NCBI GenBank assembly: GCA_023515725.1
Contig: JALDTO010000200.1
Coordinates: 612,276-676,275, forward strand
Length of the DNA stretch: 64,000 bases
Source of the DNA: Amoeboaphelidium protococcarum X5
Taxonomy: Eukaryota > Fungi > Aphelidiomycota
Direction of reading: 5' to 3'
A program made the position numbers and the translations under genes. The notes beneath the pieces are model-generated. The model ran no database searches and had not been told where the DNA came from. It was given only the letters and a program-made list of their open reading frames with translations. Below, one piece after another: positions 1-10,899 of this stretch (the stretch's first letter is position 1; each line of letters begins with the position of its first letter).

Positions 1-1176
1 GATGCCCGTGTAGATCCAGATAGCAATCGCGTCCGCCTACTGCCTTCATTCCTCAAGAGCTTTGGGAAACTGTATACCAAAGATCCTCTATTCTAAGAGC
101 CTGGCAAGATTGACTACTGGCCCCGTTTCATTAAGTTTGGCTATGGCAGAGGAAGAGAGTTCAAGCTCGTGAAAAGAAGAAAAAAGTTCTTTGTGATTGT
201 TTCGTATGATGCCTCCTGTATATAAGGTCCATTCACTGATTGGTATTACTAGCAACTGCAAGATATGAATAATGCAGATGAGAATCTTGAAGGTGCTAGA
301 TCATTTATAAGCCGCCGTGATGCGCGTTGCCGTTAAACTGGAAACACTTGCTCGGTGGATCCAGGTGTTAGAGTGAGCATGACCGTCTTCGATTTGGATC
401 GCAGGTCATTCATTGCGATTGCGCCTGATTTCAAGTAGCTTTATAAGAATAAGAGTGAATAGATTTCCAATGCATAGTCTCTGAAAGATTAGATGGATAA
501 TCGCGCAGCTGCTTTACAGAATGGACAATTGAGTCTGGAGGAGTTTAAAGCGTAGAAGAAAGCATTATGGCACACATGGAAGAAATCAAAGAATAATGTT
601 GTTCCCACTGATATTGGCATTAGTCGTGCTTACACCAAATTCTCTGCATATGTATCGAATTTGCATAACCGAATTGGCAACTTTTTGATGCGGCATTATG
701 ATCTAATCATTCTTCCCGAGTTTCTGACTATTAAGATGGTGAAGAAACGGAGAAAGCGTTTGAATCTACCTCCCGTTCTAAGTGATACGGCCGATGTACT
801 GGTAACACACTCGCGTGGTTAATAAAATTCTGGGCATATTCTCCATAAAAATACGCGGAAGACTCTATTGGCGTTTAGCCATTACAAGTGTCGTATGAAA
901 CTTATTGCAATGGCATAAGCTAATATATTTAGATCTGGAAAGTAAGTGCTCGTGACAACGGAGGAGTTTACGTCGAAACAACATCCGTTTCAGAATGTGC
1001 TACATAACTGTCTTGGTGCTGATGAGTACTTCATGTTGGGTGATTTTCGTGCATATCGGGATAATGTTGGATCATATAATGTTATGTCTCGAAGTTTTTC
1101 TAAGGAAGAAGTGAAATTGGTTACTGCGAACTAAGCGGATTAGACACTATACAAGGAGTTCGTGATGTCCATATGA
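1..1176 (+). CDS. Fanzor2-like (eukaryotic TnpB/IS607-derived) RNA-guided endonuclease, 5'-partial
   Basis: Frame 1 is open from base 1 to TGA 1174-1176 when TAR=Gln (~15 in-frame TAR, no TGA). Motifs: SVDPGVR (RuvC-I D at 358), HYDLIILPEF, LLAFSHYKCRMKL, VLVTTEEFTSK (rearranged catalytic E at ~961-966), YRDNVGSYNV (RuvC-III D at 1060). Order and spacing match Fanzor2/IS607 TnpB. Confidence 0.85.
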
Positions 1177-1410
1177 AGGTCTTGCAAGAGACTCTATTGC
1201 GCCTTGCTTAACATCTGATCACTAAATCATAGAAGTGTTTTGTAATTGCTTATCGTTATGCTCGTACTATACTGTTACTCTGCTATTAAGGGGCTATGTG
1301 GGGACCCCAATGAAAAGATTGCTGGAGCTTTTTTAAAGTGTACCAATGATCGATTAACCCACATTTTTCGCTAGGTGTTGGATTTCTTTTTAGCGATAAT
1401 GTTTTTTAAG
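1177..1410 (+). ncRNA. Candidate Fanzor omegaRNA scaffold / element right end
   Basis: Non-coding region directly after the Fanzor stop. Pairings: GTCT-N6-AGAC (1179-1192), ATGTGGG(1296-1302)/CCCACAT(1358-1364), GGGG(1290)/CCCC(1305), TCGCTA(1368)/TAGCGA(1391). The position matches known TnpB/Fanzor guide loci. Boundaries are a guess. Confidence 0.35.
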
Positions 1411-1499
1411 CTCTGCTTTACTGCTTACGCTGACTGAAAAAAGTCCTATTCACGCCACTGGCTCAGACGACAGAATTTTTCGGGAAAAAATAGAAACTT

Positions 1500-2995
1500 A
1501 TGATACATAAATAAGGATTTCCTCCTCTTGGCCGACGTTGCTTTGCAGGCTCTAGCTCTTCTCTCAATTAAGGCAAAGTTGCTGAAGAGTAACTGTCAGA
1601 ATTTTAACTACGATTTGAATAGGTAAGAGGTGACTTGCCTATGTTTAAGGAAACCTTTTAGTTTGACTTGGATAAATGTTGGCTATGGAATCTGTATAAG
1701 AGTGGAGACTTTGCAGAGATCTGGAAGGATGAGGGGAATATCCATGAGTATGTGTCTAATGCTTTGATCTATGTTCGACGTGCCTTTGAAGATTCTTTAG
1801 GCTTAGTCTCGCGCCTGATTATCAGCAAGCAGCAGCTTATTGCCAAGTCTAAGCCTGACGTCGTAATAATTGCCTCTGATTCTTTGCAGATTATAGGAGC
1901 TTGTGAGATAAAGGTGCCTTAAAAGTCCCAATACCAGTGTAATGGATTTGAGTCATCAACACGTTCTGTATCAAGCTAGTTTACAAATGTTAGAGATGCG
2001 CTAAGCGTATGGCGTAAGATATGTCATTGGTATTGTGTCGAATTATGTCAATTGGCGTTTCTTATGGTTTGAAGATTCTAATGAAGCTGTTTTAGAAGGA
2101 GATCGCGACAAATTTGACAAACTATGTCACCCCTCTCCTGACTCTGAAGGCGAAGCTTCTGATCTCTTATAATCAACTGTATTTTACTCTCGCGTGTATC
2201 GCCATAATGAAAACGCATTAGTATCCTCTTTGGGTACTGTGCTTTATAAGTTAGCAAAAAGTCCCTAAAATGTTGGCCTAGAATTTTTATCTAAAAGGTT
2301 TAAGTATCCTTCAATGAAAGCTGCAGGTTGCAATTACCTTATGATACCTGCAAATTTTCATCTAACCGTAGCAATGCCAGGAGTTCGTGTCAAAAATGTA
2401 TTTAAATTTGAACGATATTGCCAAATTGGCGGTGATAGTAGCGTATTTATGGCAGCTGATATCAGTGGCCGTATGTGTGTGATAAAATCTTTGCATCCCG
2501 ACTCTGAACATTCACTTGAAGATGAGATGCGCATGTGGAAACTTCTCTATCCACGCTATGATTAAGTCTGTATCAAGGTACTCAACAATGTCAAACATTT
2601 GATAATGCCTTTTGTCTTTCATGCCAGGAAATACTAGATTGGTGATGATGGAAAAGAGACTGTGATATTCTGTCCTCCTCACGCCTGGAATCGTCGCTTA
2701 AGACCAAATGAAATATTTTTCGATGAGAATATTGTGCCTGAACTGGGTAAATTGGACCAAAACGCAGTTAACTAGTGGCGTGATAATCCTTAAGAAGCGA
2801 TGTAATATGCTTTGGAGAAGATTAAACAGCATGGATATGAACATCAGGATGCTGAATGGCGAAACTTGGCGTTGTTTCCATTTCCAGATCCCTATAGACC
2901 AGGAGTATGTATGGACCGTCGAACCCGGCTTTATTGACTTGACACGCGTTTGTAAAATTGGTGAAGCCCCCTTACTAATCAATTGTGATTTGTAA
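1500..2995 (+). pseudogene. Crinkler-like PD-(D/E)xK nuclease + kinase-like domain protein, two frameshifts
   Basis: ATG 1500. KPDVVII...GACEIKVP (PD-ExK), then a frame change at ~1920 into VIGIVSNYVNWRFLWF. Kinase-like motifs follow: IGGDSSVF, CVIK, HQDAEWRN. A second frame change at ~2895 leads into FIDLTRV. The 3' end is approximate. Confidence 0.6.
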
Positions 2996-3248
2996 ACAAT
3001 TATTGGATTATGTAGTCTATAGTGTTACTCTTTATTTTAATTTGCCCAAGACATCTTTCTATTTTAGGCGTTACTGAGAATTAGCCATTTGCTTGAGGCA
3101 CAATCCAACCAATCAGATGACATTAAACCAATTGTTGTGACTGCCATTCTTGAATGATCAGACGGTGTAACATCCTCGTTCAAACTTGACCTCTTTCTTA
3201 TAATAATAAGTAAGCATCTAAATTAATTGTAAATACATAATTAAAATA

Positions 3249-4957
3249 ATGAAAATAATTGCAGCAGCATTCCCTTTTACCAAAGGGTCAGAGTATGAAT
3301 TGTCATTTGGAGTGGGAGATCAATTTCGCGTTGTGGACGCCACAGGTAAGAATTGCAGTTGAAACAATTCATAATAATGATCATCATTCAATATATTATC
3401 AATATAACAATGAGTGTAGATGAAGAATGGTATGAAGTAGAATCCGTTTATGATGCATCGATATATGGAATGGTACCAAAGTCGTATTTTAGAATATTGA
3501 GCTCTGATATAATAGAAGGAGCGCAAAATGTTGCTAATAGTAAAACCTCTGTTAAATAGTAGGAGAATCCTGTATCTCCTAGTAATGATCAGACTTCAGT
3601 TTATAGCGATTCATCTAGCAATAATAATGCCCCTCCTCCGCCACTTACTGCAGACTCTTACAATAACTAGCACAAGCATTTCAATACTAATTCTGCGAAA
3701 GATAAGATTCCAGTGGTTATTAACGAAGTCGAGGCCAAGGTGGTACAAGATTTCGAGTCTTACCAGTAGGAAGAATTGTCTTGTCGATGCGATGAAGTTG
3801 TGTATGTGTGCGCGTAAAGTAAAGACTGGTATTTGGTAAGTAAGAGTTCTATTTAGGAAGATGGAGTTGTGGATAAACGTGTTATTGGACTTCTTCCCGT
3901 CTCTTACGCCACGCTCACTAATGCCAATATACTGCACGGCGAAGGCTATGGTGTGATTAAAATGTCTGATGGTAGACGCGTGCGTATACCAAAAGTATCT
4001 GAATGGAAAGAGATTATGATGGCGAGTCATCCATAAAAGAAGGAGAAGAACAAGCTGATGACTGCCTCTGTGCTTGAGTACTTGAAAGATGATCGTGGCA
4101 ACTATGTGGTGCTAGAGATCAAAGTGCAACGTACTCGTAAGACTCACGTTGTGTATCGATCATATGAAGACTTTTACAAGTTGCATCAGAAGCTAATGAA
4201 GACGTTCACATTGGAAGCTGGCCAGAATGATCAGAGTAAAAGGATAATCCCATATATGCCTGGAAATGTGGAGCATGTCACGCGTTAGGTGGCCAAGACA
4301 CGCGTCAAAGATTTCAATCACTACCTGTTTAATCTGCTATCTCTGCCCAAGTACATCAGTCACAGTCAGCTGGTTTTGTAATTCTTCTAGCCTAACCTGA
4401 ATGGAGATGGAAGTGCATAGTTTAGTGAGTTTTAGGATGAAAGTGTCTCCACCTACCAGAAATCGGTAAAAGCTCCCAATAAAGAGGACCGTCTGCGCGA
4501 AATTTATACTCTGCCACCTGCATAAACTAGGAAGCGTCGACCAAGCGATAACTCGTCACACTCTGGGGAATCCTCAGCATAAGACCAATCATTTAATGAT
4601 GGCAAGACTATGAAAAATGAATTGCGCTAAAAGATGCAGACTATTCGCTTGAGAAAGGACCCTAATGTCACTCAACAAACTATTGATGAGTATGTGGAGA
4701 ACAAGGAGCGGTCACTTATACTGGTCAAGGTCATCTGTGGAAGTGAATTGGCTGAGATTTCTGTCGACAGGAATGTTAATATTGAGGTGATGCGGGAACA
4801 TATTGCCCTGGTCACTAATCAAACAGAAATTGAGTATATGACTTATGAGAACAAGACTGCATCTAATCGTGTTGAACTTTTACCACTGGAGACACAAGCT
4901 GATTTGGACATTGCCATGCGTAAAGCATCTGATGACTGTATCAAGGTGCATTGCTGA
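3249..4957 (+). CDS. Bem1/Scd2-like polarity scaffold (SH3-SH3-PX-PB1)
   Basis: Exon 1 is 3249-3345, followed by a GT-AG intron at 3346-3419. SH3 (ELSF...DEEWYE...GMVPKSYF), second SH3, PX (VYRSYEDFYKLHQKL...RIIPYMPG), PB1-like C-terminus (LETQADLDIAM). Ends in TGA. Confidence 0.8.
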
Positions 4958-5084
4958 TCCCGTTCTACTTTAATCATTACCATATATTAAGATTAGTCAC
5001 TGTGTTTAATAAATAAATGTAAATTTAATGATATTCTTTAATTGCACATCATTTCGCTTTTGTAGAACAGTCTCAAAAATTATG

Positions 5085-7061
5085 TCATTCAGTATCAACG
5101 CCAGTAGAGCAAAAATCATAAATCTCAATCCATGTAGTTTCGTCACGATCCACAGCACAGACAGCTTTATTCCAGTCGATACACACACGCCAACTATTGG
5201 CTACTCCTATAGAGAGATCTCTGACAAACATGGCATTCCTGGTATCATAAACACTTATTCGTCCCTCTGATCCAGACACAATCTTATCAGAGTCGAATTA
5301 GAAACATGTGATAGCCGTGGGGTGCCCAGACAGAGTGGATATGCATGGTCTATCATAGTGCAATTTATCAACTTCATAATCAAGAATACACGATGGATGC
5401 CAAATTTTCATTGTAGAGTCAGCTGCGGCACTTATGAGAATAGGATAAGTAGATTTCATGGTAATAGATTATGAGGATGTCAAGATCTTTTATACTCCGG
5501 CTAAAGATTCTGGCTGAACATTCTTTTCGACAGGAGTGACAAGCTGGGATGATTAATTAAGCAGAGAGCGAGGAGCATTCAATGGTCTTGAGAATGGGTG
5601 TTATGAAGTAGCAGGTTGATGCCGTCGTTGCAAAGGACTTCTGAAAGACGCCGGTATGTAAGTCAACTCTTCCAACTACAACAGTCCCACCAGAGACGCA
5701 TGGTCCGCAATAACACGAACACAGCATCCGCTCATAATGTCCCATACTCGCATAGTACAATCAAGACTACCGCTAATCACAACTCCACTTCTATTAAAAG
5801 ATTAAATGGCGGAAGATGAAATATGCAAGTGAATAACCACAGAGTAAACCTTGTTAGTGTGACCAGTGAGAACGTGTATGCATCTGCCATCATTCAAATC
5901 CCAAAGCCTCACTGTGGCATCATACGACCCTGTGGCCGAGTATGGATACTTACAAGCTATAGCTCTTACACTATCCGTATGTCCATCCAACTTGTGGTGT
6001 GATTCTTAAATTACAGCAGGCTTCTTCACTCCCTAACTCATATCCATCTACACATCCGAAACCTGAAGCTCTTATGACTACTATAACGACTAGGTGGGAG
6101 ACTAAGATTATAGTTTAAAGTTACTATCACCATGATGATGATGATGATGATGAGAAGGTGGAGCAAAATCAACTTTCCAAGCGCGAACAGACTTATCTCG
6201 AGAGCCACTCAATATCATCAACTGATTATCCACTGTACAAACCGAAAGACATCGCACAGTACTGCTATGAGCCTGCAAGACGTATAGACACTAAGCACGC
6301 TAGATATCCCAAACCCTGACAGTCTTATCCGTAGAACCACTCACCAAAGTATTCTTATCTTTAAAGTGTGGACTGAGAACGGCAGTGTCAGCATTGGGAT
6401 TACTAGCAACTTCCATAGCCCAGACACCACCTTCATGACCGATCAGCGAATTCGAGACTCGCCACTCTTAAGTCTATGGATCTACTGCATACACCACGAT
6501 GGGAGGCATCTCTGAGCCAGTGACGATGTACTCATTACAATAACCGGCGAATTGAATACAAGTAACAACCACATTCTCTGGCGCCTGGATCATCTAAGAT
6601 TTACAATAGACATCATCATTCGAGTCGAACCAATTCTACCGTATTACATGATACTTTTTGAAGTAGGATCGCCATTATGTTAAATGATGATGATTATCTC
6701 GAGTCTTTTGTATAATATACGAAGTTCGTGCTTAATCTTAGAGCGCTCTAGACAGCCAGCCCTCTTTAGCAATAAGATTCAACCAAATTGTATTAGAAAG
6801 GTCTTACAAAAGGCTATTCCAAGCTTTGCATACAGAATACAATACTAAAATGTCTCGCGCACTCAAATATTTTAATATGGACAGTGAGAGTTCCGTTGGC
6901 AAGAACTTTGTAAAATCTTTGCACTACTTCCTTTAGATAGCATTAACCACATCACTTCTCTCAGCCAAAGTCAATTAATCAAGCATTTCCAAAACCTTAT
7001 CCACCACATTACCGTTCTCCTGTGATTATTATTATTCCCCAGTCTTTCTCCTCTTCATCAT
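5085..7061 (-). CDS. F-box/WD40 protein, Cdc4/FBXW7-like
   Basis: Single table-6 ORF of 659 codons. F-box [18 protein letters not shown]; WD40 repeats [47 protein letters not shown]. Confidence 0.85.
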
Positions 7062-7465
7062 CTTTCAATGCTAAGTGCAGTCCAATTTTTCTTATAAAGC
7101 GTATGGTGTCAGTTTAATATTTATCTGTTCTACTTCACAGATTGGATTAGTGAATTAATCCAAATGAAAGTTGCAGATAAAATTAGCCTGATGTATACTC
7201 ACGGTATTCTATTATAGGGTAGGTAGTAAACACTGTTGTTGAATACAGAAAACAAAAGGCAACAAGGTCCGAAACGACGCAGCCATAAAAGGCGAACGAA
7301 ACTCGACGAATTGCTGACGATTTCCTTCAGCCTTCTTTCGATGATAGAAACACGCCCTTCGCAAAGCTTTCTCTGTCGTTAGTCCGTGAGGCTTTCATTT
7401 CTCATCAGTTGTCGCATCTCTTCTTCACGTTGTATTTAGTCTCAGTTACACTGTGTGTAATAACT

Positions 7466-9901
7466 ATGTTGTAAATTCAAGATTATTTTCTGCTGGCGTT
7501 CTCTGTTGTGATTGCTGTATTCTACTTTAATCCAAAGCTGTATACTAGGCTGGTGTTGAATGTGAGGTATGAAAATGGTAGTGACGTAAGATCAAAGTAA
7601 TAATCGAAGTAATAGCCATCAAGTAGTAGTAGAAGTAGTAGTAGTTGTATTGCTGCCACGTAAGCTCCGTCTAGTGATCATCCGGTGTTGGAAAAATTTT
7701 AACAAGAGATTCCAAGTATGCTGATCATTTGGGGTAGTCAGACTGGTACTGCTGAGGGATTTTCCAGTCGGCTCATGAAAGAGTCTATTATGCATGGAAT
7801 CAAGTGCCTGTCTATTGACGCGAATTATTATGATGATTATGAATTCTTGAAGGATCTACCTCAGCACGTTGTCGTTTGCATTATAATCGCCACGTATGGA
7901 GATGGCGAGCCAACTGATAATTCTCGCGACTTTTATGAATATATTATGGATGATTGTGTGGGAGGAGATGTCAAATTTCCGTACATGGTATTTGGATTAG
8001 GTAATAGCTCATATGAACATTTTAATCACGTCGCCAGGACTCTGGATAAGAAGCTCACTAGCCTGGGATGTACATCGCTTATTACGAGAGGTGAGAGTGA
8101 TGATTATTACAATGATTAGGTGGAGCAGAGTTTTGTGAAATGGTCCACAGAGTCTCTGCAGTTCTTAGGCACTGAACACTTTATAATGTAGTTTCCCGAT
8201 TTCAGGTATGGACAAGTTGAAGGTGATTATTGTGTTGTAAGATCGTATTAATTCCAGAGTATTACCAGTCAGGTAGATTTGAAGAAGCCTATCTATACAG
8301 GTGAGCATGGTACAGTCTGTGCTTGGTCGGGACAGTAGAAGAGAGTGTTGTATGATGCCAAGAATCCGTATTATGCTCCAGTTCTACGTTGGAGAGAGTT
8401 GATATAAGGTGATAACTAAGAGAAAAGAAGTGTCTTCCATGTAGAATTGGACATTAGTAATGCTAATATGCGTTATACTACTGGTGACCATGTTGCTATT
8501 TATCCACGTAACAATAAGTTGGAGGTTGAATAGCTAGCCCAGAGCCTTGGGTTAACATCCGCATAATTGGATTCTATTGTATTCACCATGAAAGCTTATG
8601 ACTCTTAGGCTGCTAAAAAGTCTCCTTTTCCCTGTCCATGTACTCTTCGTGCTGCATTTACTTACTATGTTGATATAAATGTTCATCCACCCACTAATCT
8701 ACTAAAGATTCTGGGTAAAGTTGCATAAGTTGAGAAGGATAAGGAGTCATTACACAGTCTTGCCACAGATAATGCTCTGTATCACTAATACATTATTGAA
8801 GATGGAAGAAATTTGAGGCAGGTACTTGAAGATCACCCATCGGTCAGGATCCCGCTCTAGCCAGATTATAGTCTATACTCTGATGCTGATCTGATCAAAT
8901 TGAAGCAAGAGGCTTCATAATCCGGCTTGGAGCTTTCTAATCAGTTCACTATCGGAGATCTACTTGAGATGCTGCCTAGATTATAACCAAGATATTACAG
9001 CATATCTTGTAGTCCAAAGTACATCAAGAATTCTCATTGTGAAAAGTCTATCCATGTTACGGCGTCTGTTGTGTAATACGATACTAAAAGTGGACGTAAT
9101 GTCAGTGGTGTCTGCACTGGGTACTTGCAAGATATGTGCTAGAAAGTGGAGGATATTGAGAATAAGGAGCATGAATTATCCGGCCCAGAGTGTCTAGTTC
9201 CTCTTTTCATTAGGACTAGCAAGTTTAGATTGCCCAAGAACTCTCTTACTCCTATCATTATGATTGGACCTGGTACTGGACTTGCGCCATTCCGAGGCTT
9301 CATTCAGGAACGTGAAGATATTGCAAGGTAAAAGATTGCGGACTACTTGTCAAAGAAGCCAAAGACAGTACTTTACCGCGCTTAATGTTAGATAATTTTA
9401 GATACTGTCGGAAAGTTGGACTTTTAGGTTCAGCAATCTCAGCAGCAGTAAGACGGAGAAGATGGTATTAGAGTTGAAAAGTTTATTGGTCGTTCGGTTT
9501 TGTTTTTTGGATGTCGCAACAGAAGTGAAGATTTCCTTTATTAAAAAGAGTTTCTCGATAGTTATATGCCTAATCAGTCCACCACTACTACTGATGTAAC
9601 TTCATAACCACAAAGTGGATTTGGACTCACGGATCTTATATGTGCATTCTCTCGTGAAGGCGCAGAGAAAGTCTACGTCCAGCATCGTCTCCTGGATCAT
9701 GCTGAGATGGTATTTGACTTGTTGAAGAGTAAGGGTGCCTACTTGTACGTTTGTGGTGATGCCAGCAATATGGCGCGCGATGTACATTAGACGCTGGAAT
9801 AGATTTGCTGTTCCGTAGGCTCAATGAGTGAGTATGACGCGTATCAATTTATTAAATCATTGCGCGACAAAGGCCGTTATCAGGAAGACGTTTGGAGTTG
9901 A
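7466..9901 (+). CDS. NCP1: NADPH-cytochrome P450 reductase
   Basis: N-terminal TM anchor. Motifs: [36 protein letters not shown][TAA=Q][54 protein letters not shown]. Confidence 0.95.
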
Positions 9902-10033
9902 ATGAATGACCGATTATGATTATCATTAAACTCTTGCATTGAAAGTCAAATTTAACGGATAGTATAAATTTTAAGACTTTTACTACACGTTAAATTTATA
10001 GATAAGTTTCACGAAATTAAGTGGAAGCTCATC

Positions 10034-10600
10034 TCATCTTAAGGTTTCTACTTAAGGAGGAGGAACTGATTGACAATACAGATAAGAATTTTGGTAAGCC
10101 CAGCTCTTACGAGTCAAAACCTGGACAGCTTTGATCGCGTCATTCGTGCATGTTTGATCCAACCTTCTTTTCTTATCACCTTCATAATCTGACTTTCCCT
10201 TACCACCTTTGACTAATATCGACACAATCCATATAAATCTCTTCATCGTTGCATATATTCTTGTAGTATCTACCTTGTTGTCAATTAAACTCAGATATAC
10301 TACCAGCACATCAGTGCCACGCCCTTCAGATCCAGGAATTTAATTGGTAAGGCCTATCATGGCTTCGATGGTTTTCGGCTCCAAACTGTGCCGCTTTTCA
10401 CTGACTTTTAAACCTGTTTAGCTAAATTGCTGCTCAGATGCTACACTTGAGCTTGGAACAGCCAGGAAATCTCTAGCCATTTTAACCACATCTGGATAAT
10501 TTTTATCAAATTAATCCTCTACCATTCCAAAGAGCAATCAGAAGACGGATGATCCTCTTTCTACAGCTGCTATTCGATCACACCTCCGTGATGCGTAGTT
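10034..10600 (-). mobile_element. Degenerate hAT transposase fragment (C-terminal dimerization domain)
   Basis: YPDVVKMARDFLAVPSSSVASEQQFS...RHSLEPKTIEA at ~10498-10360. The upstream 'LEW.RIN' is out of frame. No termini were recognised and the limits are approximate. Confidence 0.65.
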
Positions 10601-10899
10601 TGTCGTGTCGGAGTTGAGTGGCAATTCGGACGAATTCTACCAGCACCAAGGACAAGTCCTCTTTGGTCACCTTTTATTAATCAATGCCTTCAACCTGCAG
10701 AAAATGTTCTTTAGCCGGAGCTGACTTACGTTTCTGCGTCGTGCTATCAAAGCATTCCAGCTGTGCCGTGAGCAATGCGTATAAAGTTGGATACTGCTCC
10801 AAGACTTTACTTGCAGTGGGCGTGAATACGGAATCTAGGCCTTAAACGCGTATATTGAGCTTCAAACAATGCAGCCATTCAAGATGGTGGCAACATCAA

